From Octopus vulgaris (taxonomy: Eukaryota), in assembly GCA_951406725.2 (NCBI GenBank), contig OX597826.1:6448001-6512000 (forward strand): a DNA stretch of 64,000 bases. The letters are read 5' to 3'. A program made the translations under genes and the position numbers. Below are positions 1 to 12,480 of this stretch, one piece after another (positions within the stretch are counted from its first letter, which is position 1; each line of letters opens with the position of its first letter). The notes below the pieces were generated by a model. That model saw only the letters and a list, made by a program, of their open reading frames with translations. It was not told where the DNA came from and ran no database searches.

Positions 1-123
1 GTATGTATGTATGTATGTATGTATGTATGTATGTTTGTGTGTGTGTGTATGTATGTATGTATGAATGTATGAATGTATGTATGTATGTATGTATGTAAGT
101 ATGTATGTATGTGTATGTGTATG

Positions 124-154
<31 letters not shown>

Positions 155-223
155 ATATGTATGTATGTATGTATGTATTTATGTATGTGTGTGCGTATGT
201 ATGTATAAACACAGACACACGTA

Positions 224-260
<37 letters not shown>
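1..260. repeat. (TATG)n/(TA)n compound microsatellite
   Basis: Tandem GTAT/TA units read directly. Confidence 0.97.
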
Positions 261-1179
261 GGAAATACGTATAAAATATAACTCCATGCATATATAGGTT
301 GGTAGCTTCCTTTGTTATACTATGCTATTGTGAGGAATTGATTCATATTGTATGCAACTAAAACCGACTGCGATAAGATTTAATGTTTGCAATAAGAATA
401 ACAATATCGGTATCGTCTATTCAGTTACCCGCAGCGAATATCAGATAATTATTTTATGTAGGCTGTATACTAGGTGAATCGAACTGTCTTCGTCGACATT
501 GTATAGAAAAACACTGTTTTGTACATGTGCGGTACTTCTGAAGCAACGCTCGCTAATGTTCAAATAACATCGATTTTAATAATCTGAATTGTCTTTCACA
601 AAATTCTGTGTCGAGCGTTTCAATTGTGTCTAATTATCATTATTTCTCTAGAAGTTGTGCCTAAAGACAAAGAAACTGTTAAACTCATGTGAAGAAACGT
701 TTCAAAGTGATTTGTTTGTTTGAGAAGTGAAATCTTATTCTTCATTCATGGGCACTTTACAGACAACTTACTGTCTGTAGTTCTGGATCTCTGATTCATT
801 AAGAATGTTCCTTTAAGCTAATTTAGATTTAATTCTTTAACGGTCACTGAACTAATACAGAGGAAATATACCGGGATCGAACAAACGCGCAAATCATGGT
901 TTATTATTGGAAATTTAAAGATAATAAAAGTTTACCATTAGATTTATGTTCTTTTATTTATAAAGGAAACTTGCGGCTAGCTGAGTCAATACATTATCGG
1001 ATTGTTAGCTTAAAAATCGATCATTTCAGTATCGTCACTGGTACTACACAATGACTATAGTAAACGCACATAGTAGTCAATGTTGTAATTCAGTAAGATA
1101 TAAATCACTACCTTGAACTGGAGACAAACATTCTTATGAGAAACGGAACAATTTATCATTAAAATGTGTTTCATTATAT

Positions 1180-2190
1180 TACAGAAATTGAACGTCATGT
1201 CGTTGTATAGACAGACGTCTTTGCAATATCAGCAAAATTATTTGAGCAGCTGTCTTTAGAAAAGAAAGGGATAGATCTGAAAGATGCCAAAAAGCACCCA
1301 GAGAAGAAGCTGAAAATGTTGACTGGAAATCTGCATTGGCCGTATCCCAAACGATCTTAAAAGAAATACACTGGGAGAACAATGATATACCAGAGTATAA
1401 CAGTCAATTGGCTTCGAATGGGCAAAGGTCACACAAGTTACTGGAGAATTGCTTGAAAGGAATGCGGGAAAATGTAATTAATATCATTAGCAGCAGGCCA
1501 TAATACAATGAAGACGTCTTACATCACATTCTACTGTCTTTTGAGAAATATGCTTTATTCTGGCATATATGTATCAGCGAGTTGTGAATATGAAAGTGTT
1601 AGAAGTACTATTACAAATAGACGGTTGTGATCTTGTTATGAAGGAATAGAGAAAATCAGAGAAGAGGAAGTACCACTACTAAAAATGTAATGCGGAATGT
1701 ACTAATAAAAATATGAAAGCTTACCTAAGATCTAACGGCACACTGGACCCAAATATAGAGTACATGAAATACTTCAAAATAGAGTTAGATTCATTGTAGC
1801 ATAGTTTCTGCAACGGCAGTAAAGTGAAATCTTTTAATATGTCGTTCAGTCCGAAGCTTCAAAGGACGAGAGATGATGGGTTATTGCGAACATTTTGGTA
1901 GGTCTCACGCAAGAATAAGCTGAGAGTTGGCAAACGCGTTTTATATGTCCATTATTGTATTACTTCCTAACGCCGAGCATTCACAACTGCATTATTCAAG
2001 CTTCTGCTATTCTACTTCATAAGTATCGGACATAAGTCACTGATCAGAATGGTCATCTACATTACAACAAAAAACACCATGATGTTTTAAACGAAGTATT
2101 TGATGATACTCAGACACACGGTTTTCCCAACAGCATCAGCATCCATTCCTTCCCAGATTTTATCGCTACTACTGGGAGATTTTCTCATTG
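1180..2190 (+). pseudogene. Degenerate coding-like segment, tentatively a very-large-GTPase (GVIN/URGCP-like) C-terminal relic
   Basis: Long + frames with sparse stops or frameshifts (AISAKLFEQLSLEKKGIDLKDAKKH; REEAENVDWKSALAVSQTILKEIHWENNDIPEYNSQL...YNEDVLHHILLSFEKYALFWHIC). Family call is by eye only. Confidence 0.3.
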
Positions 2191-2249
2191 ATGTACTCAA
2201 AGAATGACCAAATTTTAGTCTGTCATAGATAATATTGTCAGCCTTTCAA

Positions 2250-2648
2250 AGCGGCGAGCTGGCAGAAACGTTAGCACGCCGGGAGAAATGGTCAGCGGTA
2301 TTTCGTCTGCGTTACGTTGTGAGTTCAAATTCCGCCGAGGTCGACTTTGCCTGGCATCCTTTCGAGGTCGATTAAATAAGTACCATTTACGCACTGGGGT
2401 CGATATAATCGACTTAATCCGTTTGTCTGTCCTTGTTTGTCTCCTCTGTGTAGCTCCTTGTGGGTAGCAAAGAAATAGGTATTTCGTCTGTCTTAACGCT
2501 CTGAGTTCAAATTCCGCCGAGGTCGACTTTGCATTTTTTCTTTTCGGGCTCGATAAATTAAGTACCAGTTGCGCAAAGGGGTTGATTTAATTGAGTGGCA
2601 CACATCCCCAAAATGTCTGGCCTTGTGCCAAGAGTAGAAAAGAATATT
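2250..2648 (+). mobile_element. SINE family A, two units in tandem (first with tail 1, second 5'-truncated with tail 2)
   Basis: A-box-like GCTGGCAGAAACGTTAG, B box GAGTTCAAATTCC, body GGTCGACTTTGCC..CATCCTTTCG.GGTCGA; about 15 related copies in the window. Confidence 0.9.
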
Positions 2649-2993
2649 GCCAGCCTTTACTTCCGCTTTACTTGTGCAGTGTATGTAATGAAACTTCCCT
2701 GTTAGTAACCTATATTTGAGATGCAGATTTGTGTTTCGATTATCTATGCAATTCATATTAGTAGCGAAGTTCGAGATGCTAATTCTTGTATTCATTTAGT
2801 CTTTCCTCTATCTATTGTGTTTGAATTATTAGTTTTAACGTGTAGATGTCGATTATGTAACGTGTATGTGTAGCAATACTTATTATATTGGTAATTCTTT
2901 AGTGTGTTTTTTGAAAGTGTTGTATTTACTGCATGTACTGCATAAATTCTGTTAAGGAATGGTGATAATATGTTCCATACTTTGTAGTGTTCA

Positions 2994-3114
2994 TCGTCGG
3001 CGTCGTCGTCGTAGTAGTAGTAGTGGTTGTAGCAGCAGCATCAAAAGAGGAGTAACAGCTGTAGAAGCAGTAGTACTAGTGGTAGCAAGAGTAGCATTAA
3101 CAGCAGCAGCAACC

Positions 3115-3167
<53 letters not shown>

Positions 3168-3246
3168 GGTGTTAGTAGTAGTAGTAGTAGTGGTGGGATT
3201 AGCAGCAAAAGCAGCAGCAGCTGTAGTAGTGGTAGTAGTGGTAGTG

Positions 3247-3285
<39 letters not shown>

Positions 3286-3310
3286 AGAGTAGTAGTAGTA
3301 AGAGCTAGTG
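2994..3310. repeat. (GTA)n/(GCA)n/(GTG)n trinucleotide microsatellite
   Basis: Tandem units; explains the poly-V and poly-T ORFs. Confidence 0.95.
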
Positions 3311-3387
3311 GTGATGAAGTGGAGGACTTTAAATACACTGAGAAACAACTGTAGATATTTATTGTTTATAACAACAGTTGAAGTAAT

Positions 3388-3603
3388 CTTTGCTACTCTA
3401 GGCACAAGGCTCGACATTTTGAGGGAGGGGGGCCAATCGATTAGATCGACCCAAGTACGCAACTGGTACTTAAGTTATCGACCCCGAAAGGATGAAAGGC
3501 GAAGTCGACCTCGGCGGAATTTGAACTCAGAACGTGGCGGCAGACGAAATAAGTCTAAGCATTTCACCCGGCGTTCTAATGATTCTGCCAGCTCGCAGCC
3601 TTC
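3388..3603 (-). mobile_element. SINE family A (tail 2)
   Basis: Reverse complement of the family A head and body with tail ..GCCTTGTGCCTAGAGTAGCAAAG. Confidence 0.9.
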
Positions 3604-3619
3604 GTACCAAATATATATT

Positions 3620-3837
3620 TTTTTCTACTCAAGGTACAAAGCCTGAAATTTCTTGTGGGGGAGGGGCCAGTCGTTTAGATCGACCGCAGTACGCATCTGG
3701 TACTTAATTTATCGACCCCGGAAGGAAGAAAGGCAAAGTCGACCCCGGCGGAATTTGAATTCAGAACGTAACGGCGGACGAAATACTGCTAAGCATTTCT
3801 CCCAGCGCGCTAACGTTTCTGCCAACTCGCCGCCTTC
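3620..3837 (-). mobile_element. SINE family A (tail 2) with 12-bp TSD
   Basis: Family A copy flanked by ACCAAATATATA at 3606-3617 and 3840-3851. Confidence 0.9.
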
Positions 3838-4614
3838 AAACCAAATATATAACGTATATTTTCAAACGTTCTGTTTTGCATACTAATACGCCTCCTCTCA
3901 AAGAAGAATAAAAGTCTTAATGCGTGATTAGAAAAGCGTTGCCAGTGAAAATGTTTAACTGTCTTAGAATTTAGCTTCAATAGTATTTTTCCTGATAAAC
4001 ACTAAATAGAATATGATTCATTTGTTCGTAAAGAATATCTCTGTTAGTTTTAAAAATATTCTACTCAAATATTTAAATATACACTTTGAATTTTAGCTGT
4101 CAAACGTTTTCTATTATTTAGGATTTTAAAATCTCATAATCTAATTAATTGAAAGAATGAAAATGGTTTGTAAAAAATATATATAAAAAACTAATGAATA
4201 TAATATAATTAACAGTGTGTCACGAACTGCCATATATAAATTTTCAATTTTACGTCACATCATTAAACCTTGCTCTCTGCCTTGCCAATGAACAACAAAA
4301 ACCGATCGATAAGTCAGAAATTTAATAGTACTACTTCACGAACAATTATGTCTCGTTGATGTTTTGTAGATATTTCGTTATAAATTAGGGCAAGACACTT
4401 AGTTGAATTATAAGGAGAAACTACGGATGAGATTTGCTTGGTTCAACACTGCATATTCTACGCTTCTTTTGAATTACATCGAGTTACATATTCAAACGCT
4501 TACGGTGCATACATAGAATACAAGTGCAGAAGATATGTGTTTTTTACACGCACTAAGTTGAATAATTATGCACGTATATACATTGTATATGGTTTCGTAA
4601 CACATATGTATATA

Positions 4615-4738
4615 TATAACGCTCAGGAATAGAAAAAGTATGTTACGTTTCGAGACTACGCTCTTCTACAGAAGGGGAAACAGAAATAAAAAACGAGAGA
4701 AAAAAATGTGTGCAGTGGCTAACGATCTATCATGGCGA
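4615..4738 (-). repeat. Dispersed repeat, likely Penelope-type terminal repeat with degenerate hammerhead-like motif
   Basis: Second copy at about 45680-45862; minus strand reads CTGTAGAA-GAGCGTAGTCTC-GAAACGTAA. Confidence 0.55.
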
Positions 4739-4749
4739 TATGCACGTGT

Positions 4750-5060
4750 GTATATATAAATATATATACATACATATATTTATATGTGCACACATATAAA
4801 CTTGCACATACACACATACACACACACGCATATATATATATACACATATACATACATACATTCATACATGCATACTATATATAAAACTTGGTTCAACTTA
4901 GTTCATACACACATACATATATTCATACATACATAAATACAAACATACATACATACATACATACATACACACATACATACATACATACATACATACATAC
5001 ATACATACATACATACATACATACATACATGCATACATACATACATATATACAAGTATAT
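4750..5060. repeat. (CATA)n/(CA)n/(TA)n microsatellite
   Basis: Tandem units. Confidence 0.95.
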
Positions 5061-6744
5061 ATAAGATCATTGGGCATCAGCAATTTCAGGTGCCATCATA
5101 CTATTGTGGAAAGAAAGAATAGTACTTTAGATCATTTACAATAAACACTTCAAATTGTGTTTGCTTGAAATATAAATTAGAAATTTAAAATTACTTCTTT
5201 TGATATTGGTAAGTACAGTTTAGTATAAGTGTCTTTAAATACATACTTCCTTCGTTAGTCTAATAATCTATAATATTTATGAATAAAATCCATTATATTG
5301 TCTTGTGTTCCAAATATAGTTAATAGAATCCTATATTGATAAACATTTATAGATAACTCCTCTGCTCTTCAGTAATATCAAATATGAAATTTGTATAATT
5401 TTATGAATGGTACTTTTTCCCCATATTACTTCATAAAGCACGTGTAAGCTGTTATACATGCATGTGGGTTGACGTAATATTGAAACGTGGGGTTTTCAAG
5501 GTAAATTCAAACGGTTATCTGCTGTTCTTTTAATTTACCAATACTCTTTTCCAGCTCTCGAGCCACCAGAGAATTTTTTCGCATATTACCTAATAATTGT
5601 TTTTAAATAATTACCTGAAAAATATACAACAGAACATAGATACAACATGCAGGCAATGATATAGCACTGTTACTTTCACATGATGATCCTGCTGGCGTGA
5701 AACACATGTCGCTTTACAACAATACTATCCAAATATTTTGAGCACGCCGCTCTCATTCGTTCAACATCAGTAAAATATGTATATATGGGTGTGTGTGTGT
5801 GTGCTTGTATGTGTGTGCGTGTCTGCGTGTATGTGTGCGCGTGCGCATGTGTGCCTGTCTGTATGTATGTATGGTTGTGTAGATATACATGTATGCATGG
5901 ATGGAGACATATAGCACCATTTTTGTAAATATTGTAAAGTGATTTTTATTTTATTTTTGAGGTTTGAAATATCATATTTTAACTACTGTGATTAATATTT
6001 TAGACACACGAATTTTAATGATCTGCAATAATTATGACATCGCATGAAACATGAAGAAGTGTTAAATAAAAAAAGGGGATTTGTTTAGGCTATGCATAAA
6101 TTCATGAGAGTATCCGTAGGAAAAATTGCATTGTATTTTCACTGCAAATATGATTTGATATTAATCTTTGAAGTAAGATGTGTATAAACTCTACTTTCCA
6201 GGAACCATAGTAAGAAGCTGTAAATTTCTTTTTTCGTTTCTTTTTCTTTTTACATTGTCACCGAGAATATCAGGTAAGTGAATTGCATTCATTTCAGGCA
6301 TTCACATTAGACAGCAACATTAAGTCTTTTGTTCTTGAGGACAAACCTAACAATTTTTAACATTTATTTATAGAAACTGGCAAGCTAGACTTGTAAGTCA
6401 TACTAGTGAATGATTGTCATCACGTAACCTAATATTAACAACACTGACACTATATCTAAATCTGAAGTGGTCCCTTAGACATATCTAAATCTAACTGCGT
6501 AAGACATTGTTTGACAAGCGATTCCAAAACGTAACTGCGAACGGTATGGCTGGAACATCACTTGCTGTAATAAGTCTGTTCTAAGGGAAGTACCATGGGC
6601 ATTATCAAACCCTACAACCGATGTCTATACCAATCACGTTTAGCTAACTAACATCATCAATTCAATGACTAATGTATATTACTAATGCTAGTACACGCTT
6701 GTTTGAAATGGTGAGTATACGATCAAGATTTGACACCGTAAATA

Positions 6745-6945
6745 ATCTTTCCGACTAAAGGCACAAGGACTAAAATTTGAGGAAAGGGGCTAGTCAGTTG
6801 CATCGATCCCAATACTTGATTCCTATTCCCCAAAAGGATGAAAGACAATGTTAAACTTGACAGAATTGGAACTCAAGGTATAAAGCCAGAAATGCCGTTA
6901 AGAAAGTTTCCTGGTATATTCATGTTTCTGTCAGCTCGCCGTCAT
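6745..6945 (-). mobile_element. Degenerate SINE family A (tail 2)
   Basis: GGCACAAGG, GGATGAAAG, GGAACTCA and CAGCTCGCCG landmarks present in order. Confidence 0.75.
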
Positions 6946-6959
6946 AAAAAAAAAACCAT

Positions 6960-7238
6960 AAACGTCGCCCTTTTGAAGCCTAGCCAGGCTCACGGGTCCG
7001 GTTTCCCGGTTTCTGTGGCGTATATCTTCGACCCAGCTGGACGGGACGCCAGTCCATCGCAGCATTACTCAAGAAACAGGAAGAGACAGAAATTGTTGCC
7101 ATACCCCACTGCTGGTGCATCGTGGAGCTTCCAGGTGTTTTCGCTCAATAAACACACACAGCGCCCGGTCTGGGAATCGAAATCGCGATCCTCCGACCGC
7201 GAGTCCACTGCCCTAACCACTGGGCCAGTGCGTCTCCT
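6960..7238 (-). mobile_element. SINE family D (tRNA-like head)
   Basis: Minus-strand head GGCCCAGTGGTTAGGGCAGTGGACTCGCGG..GATTTCGATTCCCAGACCGGG, shared with 11422-11754. Confidence 0.8.
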
Positions 7239-8194
7239 CGCCGTATTTAGAAATAGTAAATAATAATATATGGCATTGAGATATATCGTGAGTTAACGAT
7301 GTCTGTTATCCAAACATATAGAAATCACGATCTATATCAGAAAACTGTTATATTATCGTCGGTAAATAGGTATGTAGACATTTAACATAACTGTGTACCT
7401 TAGTCTGGCAGTATTTCTCTTATTGCAAAAGTATTCAAAGAATTATTGCAACCACATGTAGATATTCAGCGCCCTTTATCGCTTTTAGTTTTCTGTTGAA
7501 GAAAGCAACTTCATAGGTATAATGATTAATACAGTTCCGACGCTGGAGAAGAAACATTTACATTGCTATATCCGGTAACAGAAGAGATTCTTATTACTGG
7601 ATAAAAGAAACGGAAGTGAAGAAGTAACATAATACTTGTGGCACAAATGTTTACGGAGAGTGGAATGCTTTGTTGTAGTGATAACAGAGAATTGTAAAAG
7701 ACAACACACAACATGAGGCATAACAAACTTTGAAAGTTAAAATAAATTTTCCTCTTTCAAAAGTATTAAACCATCGTATGAGGGATATTGAGAATAGAAG
7801 GTAATTCAATAGCCTTAAGAATTACTTGCAAATCTATTAATTCCGAAATAATGGTAAATATTACAGAATTAGATGATTAAAGTATAGACTTGTGTGTGTG
7901 TGTGTGTATTCATAGACATGTGGAATATCAATGCACTGGGGAACGCGACACGTAACCGAAGATAGCGCTCCGTAGAATGTTCCACACTTCTCTCTATTGT
8001 CTAATGCGACTAGATAAAGGGCATCAAAGCCCGGGATAAGCTATTTATACTATATGTGCATATAATGTATGTTTGCATAGAAAACTGGTGTTGCCACCAG
8101 GGTACGCCTTATTTAATATTCCTATTAGATATATTCGTTAAACATGTTTAGCTTTGCACTTAAATTTTCTTGAAATCAATATAGCATAAAAATA

Positions 8195-8395
8195 ATTGTT
8201 TCTATTGGCCTGAAATATGAAGTGTGGGGAAGAGAATAGTCGATTACATCGATCGTAGTATTCAATTAGTACTTAATCTATCGACACCTGAAGCATGAAA
8301 GAAAAGTTGGCCTCGACGGAATTAGAACACAGAACGTACAGGCAATCGGAAAGCATTTTACCCCGCTCGCTAACGATTCTAGTAGTTTGGCACAT
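8195..8395 (-). mobile_element. Degenerate SINE family A
   Basis: GTCGATTACATCGA, AGTACTTAAT and GCTAACGATTCT landmarks. Confidence 0.7.
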
Positions 8396-8420
8396 CATTC
8401 TAAGAATAATGAAATATATG

Positions 8421-8757
8421 CTGAGACCCCCTTCGGTCATGACTGACCGTGGGATTGCACCTAGAAAGTTACCCTCCCATGCACAAGTCCGAGCAAGGTT
8501 GTTTATGGAAGGCCAGCAGTTGCCTATACATACGGCCTTCCTTCTCCACACCACCAGTGTTATCCAAGGGAAAGGCAGAGGCAGATACAGCTTGGCACCT
8601 GTGACGTCGCAACTCATTTCTACAGCTGAGTGAACTGGAGCAACGTGAAATAAAGTGTCTTGCTCAAGAACATAACACGCAGCCCGGTCCGGGATTCGAA
8701 CTGACAACCTCGCGATCGTAAGCTCGACGCTCTAAACACTGAGCCAAGCGCCTTCAC
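8421..8757 (-). mobile_element. SINE family C, full-length with 12-bp TSD
   Basis: A box TGGCTCAGTG, B box GTTCGAATCC; TSD AATGAAATATAT at 8408-8419 and 8758-8769; internally deleted copy at 36074-36310. Confidence 0.92.
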
Positions 8758-9930
8758 AATGAAATATATATCTAATTGATATTACTTTAAAAAAAATTTA
8801 ATATACACTGCTAGTTAGAGATTAAGAAAAGTTTAAAATTATGTATATTTCTTGCAAATATTTTTAATTCATACAGGATTATTAATGCTCAAGTGTCTCG
8901 TAAATCTACTCTGACAATCTGTAATGAAACGATGTTAAACATTATGACATATTACCTATTTACAGTTCTTTTGCCGCGGTAAAACTTGCATACCTTCGTT
9001 GACACAGTTCTTTACTGGTTACACTCATGCGATACCTAAAACACTTTGAACAATTTTTTTCTTTTTAAATATCGAACATGTGAATTTAATGATATAACTA
9101 CAATATTCAACATCGTCTTTGTTGAGGACTTGAGCACTTTGATTGTGATCTTGTAAAGTTAATTTCTAAAATACGATATAAGTTTATTCCTCCAAACCAT
9201 TTTTCCTTTCAGAAAATTTATTGAAAAATATATTGAAAATACTTCAGTTTTGTTAAATAAATTTCAAATATCTTTACTTCACTTTTATGAACGTTGACTT
9301 AGAGACAACTGAGTTAATGGGATGAAAGTATGGGAAAAGGAAAACTTTTCAATGTCATATAATAACCTAATATGCACCAAATCCATCTTGTACTTTCACA
9401 CCTTTTTTCCTTAGTCACTCCTTCTCTTTTCTTCTCCTTCTCTTCCTTTTTCGTTGTCTTTCGCACTTACTCTTAGGCCTGTACGCTCAAACACTCACTT
9501 CCTTTATAAGTTTTGAAGTCTCTACATCTCAAGTCACGCCTAAGAATTATCTAACTAGAACATCAAAAATTAAATCAAAAATTATTAGATTGAAAATCAG
9601 AATAGAATCTCATGGAAATAAAAACTGCAAATTATTTAAGTAAACAGTAAGCACTTCCTTCCATCCCTCCATCAGGTGGTCTTTTATATAAGCTCATTAC
9701 CATACAAAATTCCAAATAGTCTCTCAGTGTTTTTAAGTGAATAGCTAGACAGTAAACAGTAATGTTTTGTGTATTTTGTTAATATCAGTGGCCTTCAGTT
9801 TCGCGTTTTGGAAAATTGAATTCGACTAACGTAAATTACAGATGTATGAGATGCTGCGAGAACATCTCAACACGGATATAATCTGACCATGATTAAGCAC
9901 TAGAATAACAACTAAGTCAAATTTAGTTTG

Positions 9931-9951
9931 TCGCGAGACATGACGGAAGTG
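9931..9951. promoter_or_regulatory. Candidate promoter motifs: TCGCGAGA adjacent to ETS-type CGGAAGTG
   Basis: TCGCGAGA at 9931-9938 and CGGAAGTG at 9944-9951 in unique sequence; both resemble known metazoan promoter motifs. Function untested. Confidence 0.3.
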
Positions 9952-10616
9952 AGGGGAAAGTTGCTGTAAATTTTCAAGGGAAATGATACATACATTTTCA
10001 TTCAGACTTGTTTAGCAATTAAGCACCCATGCCCCCCCCCCCAAAAAAAAAATCGCCTTTAACACTCCAAGGACATTTGCTATTTCATTTAAAACAACTA
10101 AAACGGAAGACACGAATTAGAAAATAACATTACCGCCGTTATCATAATCTTAAATTTTATCTCAAGACGCACGAAATCATTAGTTATTATTCATATTAAC
10201 TTTATTCTTATCATTGTTACTTTTATTCTTAGGAATATAATAAAACTTCATAGTTATTATATTCTTAAAAGCAATAATAAAAATTATTTAAAAACTCACT
10301 CTGGAACGGGGAATCGGTACATCAAAATTTTGTCCCGCTCCTTCCCTCTCGCTTGTACTCATATTCTTTATTAGACCTCAATTTCCAAGGTTTTGATATA
10401 CACACACGCCTGCACATTTAGGTAAATATAATCCAGTACCTTTTTGGATATACTTTGAGTCGCCTCTACCACAGCACGTTTATAAAAAACAGGCCATTTT
10501 GCTTTGCCGCTCTGATGAAGTTTTAAATCTTTCACAAATACAAGTAGTACCCTTTTCCATACTATTTTCTTAATTATCATCATCATCATCATCATTAACC
10601 ACAACAACAACGACAA

Positions 10617-11062
10617 GAACGTCCCTTAACTGATACAGCCAGCCTTTGAGGTGCTACTCTCGACGCTTTCTGAGTCAGAGGTCGCCACTGCTCTCTGTTC
10701 CCTGCCATGCGTAGCAGATTCGCTGTGTTGTATCCTGTGCTGCACTTGATGTTGTCTACCCAGGAGTTTTTCTGTTTACATTTTTACAATATCAGCTGTG
10801 CCCTGGAGAATACTTTTGTACAAAGAGGCATGGCGGGTTACATGACCATACCAGGCAAGATTTGGTCTTCTTACCAGTGCAAGCTTATTTGTTGACTTAC
10901 TGCCCGACAAAAATACACGACTTGTATTTAGTGTACGAGATCTGTAATAACGTTCTGAAGCACTCGTGCTCAATTTCCTGGATTATACGCTCCGTGTCAG
11001 CTGTAAGTGCTCAGCTCTTGTACGCATGAAGAAATGTCGAAGTCACCAGGGCCTTGTACAGT
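10617..11062 (-). mobile_element. RTE-clade LINE 3' fragment
   Basis: Minus-strand peptide LALVRRPNLAWYGHVTRHASLYKSILQG...WVDNIK, typical of the RTE ORF C-terminus; ends in a (GTT)/(GAT) tail. Confidence 0.85.
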
Positions 11063-11421
11063 ATGAGTTTTATGCAACTGCTTTATCATATTTTATTTAT
11101 CTTCACCATGACAGCAGAGGCTAAACTGAGTCTTGTTGATATCTCTCTTTTCAGATATACTACAAATATATGCCCTTTATTACTTTATTTACTATTAATG
11201 GCAAAGGATCGCTGCGATTACAAACAATATCGGAGAAAGGGTGTGATTTTGAAATAACGGTTTTCGTTTAATCTCCCTCTTGATGTTAATTTCGCTCTCC
11301 GATGAGATTTTGCGTTTGCTAACGAGCATAAAATAAGTACCAGTTGCGTACTCACCAGTATGCACTAACAATAAAAAAAATCTCTCACCATTATTGTTGT
11401 TGCTGTTGTAGTTGTTGTTGT

Positions 11422-11754
11422 TGAGCGAACGGTTTTCGTCCCAGAGCTAGCAAGATGGGAGAAGTCCAAAACGTGGTCCTTTGCTATTCGTAAGACCCGC
11501 AGAAGAGAAAGCAGGTCAACCCCCGACACCGAGAGTATCGACGGATGGATGAATGCGCATCCAGGCTCAGCGGTTGCGTAGGAAGTCGGGGACAAGAAAC
11601 AGGAAGAAAGAGTGAGAGAAAGTTGGAACGAAAGAGTAAACAGGGGTCGCCACCCCCACCCTCTGCCGGAGCCTCAATAAACACACACAGCACCCGGTCT
11701 GGAAATCGAAACCGCGAGTCCACTGCCTTAACCATTGGGCCATTGCACCTCCAC
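11422..11754 (-). mobile_element. SINE family D with alternative tail
   Basis: Same head as 6960-7238 but a different 3' part; flanks TATTGTTGTTG and TATTGCTGTTG look like a TSD. Confidence 0.8.
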
Positions 11755-11809
11755 TGATATTGCTGTTGGGGTCACTGGTGCTATTATTTAGGTCATAGAT
11801 TAGTTGTGT

Positions 11810-12480
11810 CGGTATCTATTTGAGTGTGGGACCAAATGCGTTCTGGCATAGTTGCAGATTATTTACATATCCCGTTCAAATCTCGCTCGCAGCCTTTGTC
11901 TTTTCTGGTTTCGGTGTCGATAGATTAAAGTAGGAGTCAAGCGCTGGAGTCGATGTAACCAACAAATGTCCCCTCCTCACAATTGCAGCAAAGTCGACCT
12001 CGGCGGAATTTGAACTCAGAACGTAGCAGTAGACGAAATACCTATTTCTTTACTACCCACAATGGGCTAAACACAGAGGGGACAAACAAGGACAGATAAA
12101 CAGATTAAGTCAATTACATCGCCCCCAGTGCGTAACTGGTACTTAATTTATCGACCCCGAAAGGATGAAAGGCAAAGTCGACCTCAGCGGAATTTGAACT
12201 CAGAACGTAACGGCAGACGAAATACGGCTACGCATTTTGCCCGGCGTGCTAAGGTTTCTGCCAGCTTGTTGCCTTCAAGAATAATACTAATAACAGTTAA
12301 GACGCCAGAAAAATTGCTAGCGTCATTCCGTCCGTCTGTACGTTCTGGGTTCAAATTCAGCCGAGGTCCACTTGGCGTTTCGTTCTTCTAATGTTGATTA
12401 TATACGTACCAGTCGATCAGTGGGCTCAACATGGAATTACTGGTCTTATGCTATTATTTGAAACCAACATTATTAGTTAT
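11810..12480. mobile_element. Cluster of SINE family A copies (degenerate + 11810-11985; - 11990-12276 with tail 1; degenerate + 12300-12480)
   Basis: Family A landmarks; junction GACGAAATACCTATTTCTTT at about 12032-12051. Confidence 0.85.

Noticed and set aside
5652-5741. GNDIALL, resembling the trypsin-family DIALL motif
   Set aside because: In-frame stop five codons upstream, stop downstream and no other protease motifs
8680-8757. tRNA gene (A and B boxes)
   Set aside because: Continues into a SINE body with a TSD; the same applies to the other tRNA-like heads
10512-10540. CTGATGA hammerhead core word (also CTGAAGA near 47280, 53620 and 60626)
   Set aside because: No stem II followed by GAAAC and no stem I could be built
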